From a virus (lineage: Duplodnaviria; Caudoviricetes), in IMG/VR virus record IMGVR_UViG_3300014019_000011, positions 17,416 to 81,415 of that record: a DNA stretch of 64,000 bases. One strand, 5' to 3'. Positions 1-9,785 of this stretch are shown here, in pieces (positions within the stretch are counted from its first letter, which is position 1; every line of letters starts with the position of its first letter). The position numbers and the translations under genes are program-made. The notes beneath the pieces were generated by a model. The model was not told the DNA's origin. It saw nothing but the letters and a program-made list of their open reading frames with translations, and searched no databases.

Positions 1-6
1 CATGGG

Positions 7-333
7 TCAGAACTCCCAGATTTCGACGGAAACGGTCCCTGCGTTGGCTAGGGTCATCTCGACATCGCGGAAATCGAGCGTGCCGGACGGCCACATCATG
101 CCAACCGGAAGCCGCCAGATGCTGGACTTGTCTGCGGTCGGAAGGAGCAGGACATCGGTGGCATCGGAAGACGTGAACAGGAACCAGGCCATAGGGCTGC
201 CGTCCTGAAGGATGTGCGTGAGAGCGCCGTCGACGAAGTCCGCATCCGTGTATTTCGTGTAGAACACCGGAAACGGTGCGACCCCGAGGCCTTGGTCATT
301 GTGGTCTTCGGGGGTTCTCAATCGCCTGATCAT
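7..333 (-). CDS. hypothetical phage protein (downstream of head module)
   Basis: 108-aa ORF co-oriented with structural genes. Confidence 0.55.
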   Translation of the reverse strand: MIRRLRTPEDHNDQGLGVAPFPVFYTKYTDADFVDGALTHILQDGSPMAWFLFTSSDATDVLLLPTADKSSIWRLPVGMMWPSGTLDFRDVEMTLANAGTVSVEIWEF

Positions 334-471
334 CGCGATCTCCTATGTTCGCCAGTCTCATTGGGTGATGTCCGAAGGACTGGCATGGAAATGGTCGGCG
401 CAGCGGCGGACCTGGTGTTGACGCGCCCGCGTTCCTATTCCCATATGAACCGTCACAAGGCTGGGGGTGTC

Positions 472-1329
472 ATGACAAGCAAAGTGTTCAGACCGATGCG
501 ATACTGGGCCTTTGAACTTGGCGCCGGTCTGGCGGCCCTTGTCTGCTTCTATCTGGCTATCGCCTTTGCGTTTGGCTTCGAAAGTCTCGACAAGGAGATG
601 CTTGGGTCGAAGGAAATCATGCGATGGTTCATGGTCGCCACGCTACCCGTATTGGGATCAGTGGGGGCCTTCGTATGGATCGGTGCCCGTCTGGACTTTC
701 CGCGGGTGGAGGTGACCGACGGGGCCGTGCTGTTCGTAAACGTCTTCGGAATTCGCAAGGACATCCGTCTGGCAGAGTACGGTCCGGCGTACGTCCACAA
801 GGATAAGCGGCACAAGATCGACTACATCACCTTTTTCAAAGCCGAGAAGGAAGCCGCGCTCAGGCAAACCGGTGAATTCGCACGGCCGACGGATTCGACT
901 GCGGACCTCAACCTGCCGCTTTCCTTCCTCGTCGGAGGAAAACAGTCCCCGCTGGCTGAAGAGATAGCGGAAGCCATCAACGCTGCGCGCGAAAACACGC
1001 CCGAGCATGAGACCGTTTCCGATGAAGTGGCCGACCGCATGTTGCGGGACCATCGACGGAAGAAGCGGCTATACATGTGGATCATGCCGCCGCTTATCAT
1101 CGGCCTGCTCGTGCTGGAGACGATGGCTGACAAGAAACCTTCGACGATCTTCATCGTCGGCGCGGTCGTCATGGCGGTCACGAAGTTCTTTCTGGACTAC
1201 ATGGAGGACTCGCCGAACGTCTGGGTACAGCGCATCCGGGTTGCAATCGCAATGGCCATCTACGCGATCATCGCCATCATGGTCGCAATGCTGATCTGGT
1301 GGCTACTCGCATGGCTAGGGTGGAGATAG
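472..1329 (+). CDS. multi-pass membrane protein (moron, antisense to head operon)
   Basis: Start reassigned to ATG 472 (MTSKVFRP); two N-terminal and three C-terminal hydrophobic helices; TTGACG at 418-423 upstream. Confidence 0.7.
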   Translation: MTSKVFRPMRYWAFELGAGLAALVCFYLAIAFAFGFESLDKEMLGSKEIMRWFMVATLPVLGSVGAFVWIGARLDFPRVEVTDGAVLFVNVFGIRKDIRLAEYGPAYVHKDKRHKIDYITFFKAEKEAALRQTGEFARPTDSTADLNLPLSFLVGGKQSPLAEEIAEAINAARENTPEHETVSDEVADRMLRDHRRKKRLYMWIMPPLIIGLLVLETMADKKPSTIFIVGAVVMAVTKFFLDYMEDSPNVWVQRIRVAIAMAIYAIIAIMVAMLIWWLLAWLGWR

Positions 1330-1350
1330 CGGTCGCCGATGACTGTTCGC

Positions 1351-1372
1351 CAGCGGGGATCGCTCCCCGCTG
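1351..1372. terminator. hairpin between convergent genes
   Basis: CAGCGGGGA-TCGC-TCCCCGCTG 9-bp inverted repeat. Confidence 0.5.
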
Positions 1373-1392
1373 CTGTTGTCGAGATGGATGGA

Positions 1393-1737
1393 TCAGGGAC
1401 CTGACGGAGCAGGAACCGGGAATACGTCCGTGCCGTTCAGGCGGACATCGACCGTGCCGGTTCCGACACCGACAATGACACCGATCTTGTAGAGGCCAGT
1501 GTCCTCGGCATCGGTGACTTCGCCCTCGTCGGCATCGAAATAGGCTGCCTTGAAGAGGTCGCCTTCGCCCGGGAGCGAATAGACACCCTTCGGGTACAGC
1601 TCGTTCTTCTCGCCTTCGAGCGTGGTCTTGATGGCGATGCCGAAGAGGTTCTCGATGACATAGCCCTTGCCGGACTCGAAGCCGCCGGCGGGCGTGACCA
1701 CGGTGATGGCGTTGCCCTCTGCTACGAATGTTCTCAT
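1393..1737 (-). CDS. DUF2190-family capsid decoration/cement protein
   Basis: 114 aa immediately after capsid gene; MRTFVAEGNAITV...GVYSL...V.VRLNG pattern. Confidence 0.75.
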   Translation of the reverse strand: MRTFVAEGNAITVVTPAGGFESGKGYVIENLFGIAIKTTLEGEKNELYPKGVYSLPGEGDLFKAAYFDADEGEVTDAEDTGLYKIGVIVGVGTGTVDVRLNGTDVFPVPAPSGP

Positions 1738-1782
1738 GGATGGGTTCTCCTAAGTGGGAATGGTTGGTGTGCTGCGGGCAGC

Positions 1783-1809
1783 AAAAAGGGAGCCGAAGCT
1801 CCCTGTTTT
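1783..1809 (-). terminator. rho-independent terminator after major capsid gene
   Basis: Minus strand AGGGAGC-TTCG-GCTCCCT followed by T run. Confidence 0.75.
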
Positions 1810-1829
1810 GCCGGGTCTGCCGAGGTCCC

Positions 1830-3830
1830 TTAGGACTTGCGGACCTTGTAGATGCCCTTGTCGCCGATAACGCCGAAGCCGAAGTCGTGGACGACCCGAA
1901 GCTCGGCTCCGAGCGTGGACCAGCCCTCCTTCGTGGAGACCTGCGGGCCGCTGTTGCCGGACAGGTAACCGTAGGTGATGACCGGAGCGTCGGCCTTGTC
2001 CGTCGCGGCGTACCAGGCGTTGTGGGTGTCGAGGTTGGCCTCGACGACAACGCGGAACTTGCCCGAGAACGGGTTCACGTCACCGAGGGCGGTCGCAAGA
2101 AGCGAGGTCGCCAGCTTTTCGACATCCGTCTCGAGGGTCGGATCGACGAACAGCGTCTTCAGGGTGAAGTTGAGCGGAATGCCCTCGGACTTGTGGGCGC
2201 GGAGCGCGGCACGGATGAGCGAGAGAACCGCGACATCCGGAGACGCAACGGCGGAGGCATGCAGGTTGCCGTGGTCGGCGTGGAACACCGCCTTGTTGTC
2301 GTACTGCATCTTCGGGTTGGCGAGGATGTAGTCCCAGACGGCCTTGTTCTCCTGCGCGGCGACACGACGGCCCAGCTTGCCGAAGTGCTGCTGCAGCCAG
2401 CCGATGCTGTCGTTGATGAACAGTTCGCGGGTGAACGGGATGATGACCGCCTTCGTGTTGATGCGGCTCTTCTCGAGGCGACCGTCTCCGATCGTCGCGC
2501 GCTTGATCTCGCCACCTTCACCGAGTTCCTGAAGCGGCGGGAACTCCGTACCGCGCAGGTGCTCGTGATCGCGGAAGTCGACATAGTCGGACTGGCTCGC
2601 GATCTCCTTGTAGGTCGTCGGAGCAGCCGCATAGTCGGCATCCATGACGCGGTGCATAGCGTTCCCGAGGGCGACAGGCAGGTCGGACGTGCTCATGAAA
2701 GCGCGTTCGGCGAGCTTGATCTTGTTGAAGATCGGGCGTTCACCACGGGCGACGAGGATTTCCTGGAAGCCCTCCATCATGCCGCGACCCATGAACTCGA
2801 GAGCCTTGCCCTCGGGTTTCACGCGATCCGAGACCTTGGCCGCGAGCGCGTCGACGTAGGCGCGGACAAGCACCTCGGGGTCATCGTAGGAATGGCCTAC
2901 GATGGCGGTGGTCTGCGTGTTCGTCGGCGTTGCGGCGGCGCGTGCGGCCAGCGCTTCGAGGATGGCGGAGCCAGCCTCCTGGACCGAACGGCCCTGAAGG
3001 ACGAGAGCCTCGGTAAAGGTCGCGTCCATGGCGTGGCGGGTGCAGAGGTTGCGGATTTCGCTGGAACGCTGGCGTTCAGCCTCGATCGCGGCCTGAATGG
3101 CAGCGGTCGGATCGACCGGCGCGACAGGCGCAGGCGTGGGGGTGACGGCGGCCCTGGTCTCGATCGGAGCCGGAACAACGGCTTCGGGAGTGGTCGTCGC
3201 AGCAGGTGCCGGATTGGCAGCAGTGGTCATGGATGGTTCTCCTGTTGTGTTTCTGGTGAGGGTGAGTTCGCAAGGGTAAGCGTCGGCATCCCCCTCCGAG
3301 CGGACTGTCGCGCCCGCATCCCGTGGGATCGGGGTGAACGAGATTTCCCAAGGCTCCCAGTCGATGGCGCGGAAGGTCGGGGTTTTGTCCGCCGCGCTGG
3401 CGGCGGTGATCTGGGTCATCTTGTGGACGCGATATCCGACGGAGACGGTCCTGATGATGCCCTGACGGAGCTTGTTGACGATGGCATCGGCCTCGGGCGT
3501 GCCGGTCTCCATCTTGAAGCGGACATAGGCCTTACCGCCCTCGATCCAGTCCTTGACGGCGATGCCGACGGTGTTGCGGACCGTGGGAACATGGTCGAGC
3601 AGGATCGGCACGATGCCCGCGTCCAGGCGATCACGCCGGATATGGCCTGGGTCGATGGAGAGTTCCTCGTTGTACGGCCCGATTTCCCAGTCGACACGGC
3701 GGGTCGCCGCACCGGTGGAATAGACGCATTCGAAGAAGACCTCCGCACCGTCAGCGCCGCCGTCGTCCACTCTGTGGATCAGGGCTTCGCGGAAGAAGGC
3801 GCCGAAATGCTGGATCGTGGGTTTCGTCAT
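1830..3830 (-). CDS. prohead protease / major capsid protein fusion
   Basis: N-terminal protease (LLDH, TVSVGY, WEPWEISFTPIP), Ala/Pro/Thr-rich linker, C-terminal capsid domain (STSDLP...DFR...GELKR-like). Confidence 0.9.
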   Translation of the reverse strand: MTKPTIQHFGAFFREALIHRVDDGGADGAEVFFECVYSTGAATRRVDWEIGPYNEELSIDPGHIRRDRLDAGIVPILLDHVPTVRNTVGIAVKDWIEGGKAYVRFKMETGTPEADAIVNKLRQGIIRTVSVGYRVHKMTQITAASAADKTPTFRAIDWEPWEISFTPIPRDAGATVRSEGDADAYPCELTLTRNTTGEPSMTTAANPAPAATTTPEAVVPAPIETRAAVTPTPAPVAPVDPTAAIQAAIEAERQRSSEIRNLCTRHAMDATFTEALVLQGRSVQEAGSAILEALAARAAATPTNTQTTAIVGHSYDDPEVLVRAYVDALAAKVSDRVKPEGKALEFMGRGMMEGFQEILVARGERPIFNKIKLAERAFMSTSDLPVALGNAMHRVMDADYAAAPTTYKEIASQSDYVDFRDHEHLRGTEFPPLQELGEGGEIKRATIGDGRLEKSRINTKAVIIPFTRELFINDSIGWLQQHFGKLGRRVAAQENKAVWDYILANPKMQYDNKAVFHADHGNLHASAVASPDVAVLSLIRAALRAHKSEGIPLNFTLKTLFVDPTLETDVEKLATSLLATALGDVNPFSGKFRVVVEANLDTHNAWYAATDKADAPVITYGYLSGNSGPQVSTKEGWSTLGAELRVVHDFGFGVIGDKGIYKVRKS

Positions 3831-5404
3831 GCTGCTTCTTTCTTCTCGTCGTCTTCGTCGCCGTCGGCATCGTCCTCGTCAGCCTTGGGCTTCTCCGTCG
3901 TGTCCGACGGAGGTTTGCCGAGCTGGGCCATCGCCTTCTTGAAGGGGTGTTCGATCCCGAGGACGTTCTCGAAGAGGTCGAAGTCGGCGAGCAGGTTCTC
4001 CGCATGCCGCTGCGGGTTTTTGCCGCGACGGTTCAGCAGTTCGCTCCAGGTGGCGAGACCGTTGCCGAGTTCGAGGATTTCGGCATCGCCGTCCTTCTTC
4101 GGGTCGACGAAATCCGACGGTGCGGGCGTGCAGACGGCGAGGAACTTGTCGGTCGGCCAGAGCGTGGCGAGCCGTCCAGCTTCGACGAACCATTCGCAGA
4201 CAGGCTGCTGGCCCATCTGTTCGTAGGTCCACTGCTTCTTTGTCTTCGACCGGTTGAATTCGAGGTTTCCGGCACGGAGGGACGAATAGTTCGCACCGGT
4301 CAGGTCGGAATAGACCTGGTGATAGGTGAGACCCGATCCGATGGAGATCATGCGGATGAAGGTCTGCAACAGCGCCCCATGCCCCGTCGAACTGCCTGGA
4401 TCGAAAGCCTTCGCATCCTCGCCGGGCTTCAGCCGACGGATAAGACCGGGTTCGATCTCCTCAAGGCCGTCGTCGGCATGGCCTGCCGTGCTGCCGGGCG
4501 GAGCCTGATAGCCTGCGGTCTGGTGGATCAGCACCGTGAAGCAGGCTTCGACCTTCGCCTTCATCTTGAGGGCGGACAGGTAATCGCCAAGGTCACGGAG
4601 ATGTTCGAGGACCGCATGCAGCACGGTCACGCCCCGGATGTTGTTGCGGGTTTTCGTGAAGACGTGCGCGATCTGGTCAGCAGGAATACGCTGACTCTGC
4701 ATGTTGTAGCGCGTCAGCCGTGGGCTTTCGCCCGGGTGTTCAGGGAACATCCAGTAGGCAACACGCACATCCGGGAACCGCTTGTCGAACTCGATGCCCA
4801 TGACGATGGGATTGCCGTTGTCGGCGTTCGTGCCGTTTTTCGCGGTGTCGAGGAACTCGGGTTCCAGCACCTTGATCTGGAGCGGAACCTTGAGCTTGCC
4901 GGACACGCGGAGCGGATGGTCGGCAGGCACGATCATTCGACGGATGAAGACCTCGCCCTTCTCTTTCCAAATCCACGTCGCGTTTGCCTGAATGCCGTAC
5001 CCGTTGTTCATCCCTTCGGCATCGCACAGCGTCGACTCGAACCATTCCTCGAACAGCTTGTTCTGACGTTTGACCACGGTCTTCGACACGCCGTCCGTCG
5101 GCATGAACTCGACCTTCATGCCGTCGCCGATGATATGCATCGTCCAGAGGTCGATGATGCGCAAGGCCAGCGGGTTGTCGCGGACTTCCTGCGTGGCGGC
5201 GGCGCGAAGGCGGACCATGCGGCTTGCCAGCATGGCGTTCTCGCCGATATTGGTCGGGTTCCAGTCGTCGCGGGACCTATGCGGCGTGGCGGCGGAATAC
5301 CGATGCTGCACCTGGTTCATCGCGTCGATGCCGATGCGCGCCTGGATACGGCGCATTCCCGCCGTCGGCGAGACAAAGGTGACGAGCCTGTCGATGAGGT
5401 TCAT
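3827..5404 (-). CDS. lambda-family portal protein
   Basis: 525 aa; VRDNPLA, RGVTVLHAV, DLTGANYSSLRAG motifs; position between gpW and protease. Confidence 0.9.
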   Translation of the reverse strand: MNLIDRLVTFVSPTAGMRRIQARIGIDAMNQVQHRYSAATPHRSRDDWNPTNIGENAMLASRMVRLRAAATQEVRDNPLALRIIDLWTMHIIGDGMKVEFMPTDGVSKTVVKRQNKLFEEWFESTLCDAEGMNNGYGIQANATWIWKEKGEVFIRRMIVPADHPLRVSGKLKVPLQIKVLEPEFLDTAKNGTNADNGNPIVMGIEFDKRFPDVRVAYWMFPEHPGESPRLTRYNMQSQRIPADQIAHVFTKTRNNIRGVTVLHAVLEHLRDLGDYLSALKMKAKVEACFTVLIHQTAGYQAPPGSTAGHADDGLEEIEPGLIRRLKPGEDAKAFDPGSSTGHGALLQTFIRMISIGSGLTYHQVYSDLTGANYSSLRAGNLEFNRSKTKKQWTYEQMGQQPVCEWFVEAGRLATLWPTDKFLAVCTPAPSDFVDPKKDGDAEILELGNGLATWSELLNRRGKNPQRHAENLLADFDLFENVLGIEHPFKKAMAQLGKPPSDTTEKPKADEDDADGDEDDEKKEAA

Positions 5405-5625
5405 CGGCTGCCTCCTCTGCTGAAACTCGTTTTGACGTTCGGGTTCGGCGCGCGCCCCGAAAGCATGGAGTTCAACCAGTCACGGCGCAGGATCAGCCCC
5501 TGAAACTCATCGAAAGTCGCCTGACGACCGCCTTCGCCGTTCTGCTTCAGACCGGAGGCGATCACCTTGTCGAGAGAGGCAACATATGCCGTGATCTGTG
5601 CGCGTTCCGCTTCGGTCATGGGCAT
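5401..5625 (-). CDS. gpW-like head-tail joining protein
   Basis: 74 aa between terL and portal as in lambda gene order. Confidence 0.7.
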   Translation of the reverse strand: MPMTEAERAQITAYVASLDKVIASGLKQNGEGGRQATFDEFQGLILRRDWLNSMLSGRAPNPNVKTSFSRGGSR

Positions 5626-5628
5626 TTC

Positions 5629-7734
5629 CTATCGACGACCATGAAGCCAGCTCTCCCGACGGCGCGGGGCGGACTGGCCGGTCGTTCTCTGGACTGTTTC
5701 GGTTTCGGGTTCCGGATCGGGATCGCGACGGATGTCGGCGACCTGTTCCTCGCGCGGTTGTAGGAAGATCGGCTGTTCGGGTTCGACCGGTTCGACGAAT
5801 TCGGGATGGCCGAACTGCGCCTCAAGGGCGGCCCATTCGGCTTCGGTCCACTTCTCGGCACCGCGGGCGATTGCCATGGCCTTGTTGTAGGTCCAGCAGT
5901 CGAGGAACTCGTTGTCCCCCGTCTTCACCCATTCGGCGTTCTCTTCGTGCCAGAACTCGGCGACCAGCTCCTTGACGGTGCCTTCGTCGAGCCACATCGG
6001 AATATGCACGTATCCGAGGGGATACGGCAGACCGTCGGCAGGCTTGTCCAGAGCGAGGAGACCGTAAAGCTCCTGCTTCAGCATATGGCCGCCGATCATG
6101 AAGACGCGGATTTCCGAGGTCTTCGCCTTGGAACCCTGACCGTTCTTCAGCTCCATGGTCGTGGATGCCGAGATGGCGGGAGCGGCGAAGTTCTGCGATC
6201 CGCGGATCGGCACGAACCTGTCCAGCCCCATCTTGCGGCACCAGTTGTAGGCATGCCGGGTGGCATAGCCCACGTCGCAGGCGACCTTTTCGAGCGACAT
6301 CATGCTCTCGCCGTTCTCGTGCGGCCATTTGCGGCGCACGAACTCGGTGAGCTCGTCCCAGACCTTCGGCTCGAAGGGCGATCCCATGAACTCCTGGTGC
6401 TCGACGAGCCATGTTGAGCCACCGCGACCGTGTGCGATGACGAAGCACTCCAGACGACCGCCGTTGGCACCCTGCACGTCGACGGCTGCGGTAAGGAAAC
6501 AGCCGCCGTATGGGACCGTTCCGCGTTTCCAGTCGTCGCGCCGTTCCGACAGGCGTTTCCAGTCGGGCTGTGCGCCCGCGACCTTCCAGGTCTCGCCGAG
6601 CGTGGTGTTGACGAAGGTCTTGAACTTCGACGGGGTCTTGTAGGACTCCAGGAACTTCTCGACCAGGTTCGGCCACTTGGCGTTCGGCTGGAGCGAATAC
6701 AAGGCGTTGATGTGGAACCCGGCATGACCGGTCCGCTCGTAAACCTCGGGAAACTCGGCCTTCCAATAGCCGTTCTCCAGCATCCAGAGCTTCTTGGTCT
6801 CCGGAATGCGGCAACCGTCGACGCACTGGTACCAGAACTCGGTCGGCTCCTTGAACGGTGCCCACCGTAGGCCGGGTTCGTCATTCTTGCCCTTGCCCCA
6901 AACGAGGCGCTGATGCTTCCCGCAGGTCGGGCACGGAACCCAGTAATGCCGCTGGTCGGATGCTGCGAACCGCTTGGCGATCTTCGAGATCGCTTCCTCG
7001 GTCGGGGTCGATCCGGCGATATCCTTCGGGTCGTAGGCCTGCGCCAGACGCTCGGCGATCAGGTTCATCTGGTCGCCTTCGACACCCGCCGTAACAGGCC
7101 AGCCGTCGATTTCGTCCGAGATGACAACGTCGGCATCGTGGTCACGGAACCCGCCAGGCGAGTTCGCGCCGATGCCCTTGAGGGAGCCGCCCGGGAAGTA
7201 CTTCTCGGTGACGGTGTCCTGCGCCGTGCTGTTCGAGAAGAGACCGAGTTCCTTCATGATCGGCCACTTGAAGGCGGCCGCCACATGCTCCTTCATGAAC
7301 TTCTTGGTATCGTCGATGGTCGGACGAGCCATCAGCAGGTTGCCGGGATCGTGCGCCCGACGGTAGCCAAGGAAAGCCAGCAGAATCTGCGTGTAGCCGA
7401 CGCGGGTCGGCTTCATGAACGAGGCCTTGCGGGTCCTCGGATCGCCCAGTGTGTCGAGGATTTCGACCTGGAACGGCCACGGCCTGTATCGGCTGCCGTT
7501 CTTCAGGTAGGCATGCTCGGCGGCCCACTGCGAAACCCGAAGGCGTTCGGGCGGCTTGATCACCGAGAACGCGCGACGAAGGTCGGCGGCGATCTTCGGG
7601 CATTCGACGAACAGGGTGTCGAGGCTACTCGTCGCCTTCTTCGTCGATTTCGATGTCGTTCGGGTCGACTTCCTTGCCGATGCTTTCGACCGGCGTGGAC
7701 GCGAGTTCGTCGAGAGCGTCGTGGATGAGGACAT
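5629..7734 (-). CDS. terL: terminase large subunit (lambda gpA family); start uncertain
   Basis: VSQWA, KPTRVGYT Walker-A-like motif, DEID, GSTPT, VPCPTCG, NTTLGETW, AVDVQ, NEFLDCWTY. Confidence 0.92.
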   Translation of the reverse strand: MSSSTTLSTNSRPRRSKASARKSTRTTSKSTKKATSSLDTLFVECPKIAADLRRAFSVIKPPERLRVSQWAAEHAYLKNGSRYRPWPFQVEILDTLGDPRTRKASFMKPTRVGYTQILLAFLGYRRAHDPGNLLMARPTIDDTKKFMKEHVAAAFKWPIMKELGLFSNSTAQDTVTEKYFPGGSLKGIGANSPGGFRDHDADVVISDEIDGWPVTAGVEGDQMNLIAERLAQAYDPKDIAGSTPTEEAISKIAKRFAASDQRHYWVPCPTCGKHQRLVWGKGKNDEPGLRWAPFKEPTEFWYQCVDGCRIPETKKLWMLENGYWKAEFPEVYERTGHAGFHINALYSLQPNAKWPNLVEKFLESYKTPSKFKTFVNTTLGETWKVAGAQPDWKRLSERRDDWKRGTVPYGGCFLTAAVDVQGANGGRLECFVIAHGRGGSTWLVEHQEFMGSPFEPKVWDELTEFVRRKWPHENGESMMSLEKVACDVGYATRHAYNWCRKMGLDRFVPIRGSQNFAAPAISASTTMELKNGQGSKAKTSEIRVFMIGGHMLKQELYGLLALDKPADGLPYPLGYVHIPMWLDEGTVKELVAEFWHEENAEWVKTGDNEFLDCWTYNKAMAIARGAEKWTEAEWAALEAQFGHPEFVEPVEPEQPIFLQPREEQVADIRRDPDPEPETETVQRTTGQSAPRRRESWLHGRR

Positions 7735-8203
7735 CGATATGCTCCCGGATCGCGATCTCGTCATCCATCACCGACAGCGTGCCTGCCTGAGCCTTCGGTA
7801 TCCTCATCAGCACGGTCTTGACGCGGGAGAATGCCTTGGAGACGGCGATGCGGAGATCGTTGCGCTCTACGAGTTCGCCCAGCACCTTGCGGCGCTTGAT
7901 CTTCGCGAGGGCGATCTGCTCCCGACGGAGCCGCGCAAGCTGGATATCGGGATCGTCGCTCTCGTCGACCTCTTCGGTTTCCTTGGAGCGCCCCGCTGCC
8001 TGGTCACGGAGATGACGGATGTAGGCGACGCGGCAGGTGTCGAGGTCGTCGGAGGTCAAAGCCCTGCTGTCGACGTTCGGCGGAAAGACACCCTTGCCGA
8101 ACAGCTCGCGAATGCTCCGTTCGGAGAGGTCGAGGTGCCGTCCGAGAGCGGACTGCGTGAGTTTCTTGGGTTTCGGAGCGTTTGGAGCCGATTTCGGTGC
8201 CAT
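7625..8203 (-). CDS. terS: terminase small subunit (Nu1-like)
   Basis: N-terminal wHTH (TQSALGRHLDLSERSIREL), coiled coil with GELVER; directly upstream of terL. Confidence 0.85.
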   Translation of the reverse strand: MAPKSAPNAPKPKKLTQSALGRHLDLSERSIRELFGKGVFPPNVDSRALTSDDLDTCRVAYIRHLRDQAAGRSKETEEVDESDDPDIQLARLRREQIALAKIKRRKVLGELVERNDLRIAVSKAFSRVKTVLMRIPKAQAGTLSVMDDEIAIREHIDVLIHDALDELASTPVESIGKEVDPNDIEIDEEGDE

Positions 8204-8370
8204 TTGACGCTCCAGACGCGATTCTCGGGGGGTGTTTCCGAACTCTCAGAGGTCGAAAACCGCCCACTAGGGCCGGGTTTCAGGCCGCCGGAACGCTCAG
8301 AAAGGCCGTCATCGTCGTCGCGACGCGGCGGCGGAGCCCCCTATGCGAAAAAATTCTGAATCAGTGGAAG

Positions 8371-8417
8371 CCCGCGCCAAAGCCCACCGTGGGGCGATTT
8401 GCCGTCGGGAAGGACCC
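8371..8417 (-). other. putative cos site (cosQ GGGTCCT plus cosN-like)
   Basis: Minus strand GGGTCCT-23 nt ending ACG-GTGGGCTTTGG-CGCGGG, ~170 bp upstream of terS; layout parallels lambda cosQ/cosN as recalled. Confidence 0.6.
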
Positions 8418-8766
8418 ATTGTGTTGACAAGTGTTTGATATGCTCTGTTTGTCAGCAGATTTGAGTTTCGGAAGCTCTGAGAAGAGCTTCGAAAACGGGG
8501 CTAGGATGGCCGTCAGATGGGGTCTAGCGCTTTCTGTGACCCTGGATAGCTGGCCGACGAACATGGGAAACGCGGGGAACGACAAACCACGACGTCGGCC
8601 CTGACCGTGAGGTCAGAAACACGAAACCCGGCGCTCTGGTGAGGCCGGGTCGCAACTTTTGCTGTTATCAAAAACTATCCATTCCTGGCTCCCGATTGTC
8701 AAATCGACCGTTTTCGCCGGCGGAAACGCATGCATGCAACACGCCGGTCCGGGTCTCCCGGGCATG

Positions 8767-8791
8767 AAAAAGCCCCCGACATCGGGGGCTT
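8767..8791 (-). terminator. rho-independent terminator
   Basis: AAGCCCCCGA-CA-TCGGGGGCTT with T5 tail on minus strand. Confidence 0.75.
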
Positions 8792-8818
8792 CGTTCGACT
8801 GGCTTGCAGAAGGCGCCG

Positions 8819-9259
8819 TTATTCGCCGGCGGAAAGCCGCGCTTCCAGACCTCGGATCGACCGCTCGACGACGGGGACGACAGGGTCCGAAGTCGGGCCT
8901 CGGCCCTCGGCGACCAGCTCGGCCCGCCGGCGGGCCACGTATGCCTTGAGATATGCGACTTCCTTGCGCAGCTCTTCAGGCGTTTCGTTGAAGCCTGCTT
9001 TGCGCTCTGCCTCGACCTTTGCGGCCTGCTCCATGACATGGTCAGGAATGTCCACAGTGCGGTCCTGGCAGGCATAGAAGATGTGCTTGCCATCGGCATA
9101 CTCGCCGAATGCGATGTGTGCTTCACGGCGCGCCTGGAAGCATGCTTCCAGGGTGCGATGCTCGGACTGCACCGCCGTCTGCGTGCATGCAGGCGACGTG
9201 TGATCCATCGTCGGGCAGAAAAGCATGAAGAAGGTGAATGCGGGAATAGTGACTGACAT
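8819..9259 (-). CDS. hypothetical protein, hydrophobic N-terminus, Cys-containing
   Basis: Start reassigned to ATG 9259 with GGAG RBS. Confidence 0.6.
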   Translation of the reverse strand: MSVTIPAFTFFMLFCPTMDHTSPACTQTAVQSEHRTLEACFQARREAHIAFGEYADGKHIFYACQDRTVDIPDHVMEQAAKVEAERKAGFNETPEELRKEVAYLKAYVARRRAELVAEGRGPTSDPVVPVVERSIRGLEARLSAGE

Positions 9260-9453
9260 GAGCTGTTCTCCTGTTGTTGCGCCGGGTTTCAGTCGGCTGT
9301 CGGGACGTTTCCCTGACACTTCTATTGTGCTCTGTCTCAACGGTTGAGACAACGGCCGACAAGAGGAAAAACGCGCATACTCAGATAGTTGTAGTGATTT
9401 CATAATGCTTTAGTGCATCTGTAAACAAACTTTTCGACATGCATGCAAACAGC

Positions 9454-9477
9454 AAAAAGCCCCCGATCTGGGGGCTT
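9454..9477 (-). terminator. rho-independent terminator
   Basis: AAGCCCCC-GATCT-GGGGGCTT with T5 tail on minus strand; near copy of the 8767 terminator. Confidence 0.75.
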
Positions 9478-9500
9478 CTCGTTTGCGCCGGTGGGAGCGG

Positions 9501-9785
9501 TCAGGCCACTTTCCGTGGCTTTAGCTCGTATCCGGCACGGCCGGCGATATCCGTGAGCTTGTCAAAAACCGCCTTCTCGAGCGGCCGCAAGATCGCTTGC
9601 GACACCTGGCGGGATTTCGTCGACGGCTTCCGATAGGTCAAAATCGTTGTCGGAGAGACCCCAGCTATCGCCGCAGCCGCGTTGTAGTCGAGGTTGCCGA
9701 TCTCCAGGAGCAGCACGAGCTGCTCCTGGGAGGTCATCGGCCGACCGTCCGGGTGACGGTAGAAGGTTGACCGGTCGACTGTCAT
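9501..9785 (-). CDS. small HTH-like DNA-binding protein
   Basis: YNAAAAIAGVSPTTILTYR resembles an HTH. Confidence 0.55.
   Translation of the reverse strand: MTVDRSTFYRHPDGRPMTSQEQLVLLLEIGNLDYNAAAAIAGVSPTTILTYRKPSTKSRQVSQAILRPLEKAVFDKLTDIAGRAGYELKPRKVA

Noticed and set aside
1728-5503. Very long plus-strand ORFs (832 aa, 518 aa) and similar ones opposite most phage genes (e.g. 38523-39896, 42805-44130, 45172-46476)
   Set aside because: Antisense shadows of real high-GC genes; no motifs, RBS or operon logic
7625-7764. Long terS/terL overlap as a programmed frameshift
   Set aside because: Overlap of small and large terminase genes is common; more likely just uncertainty in the terL start codon
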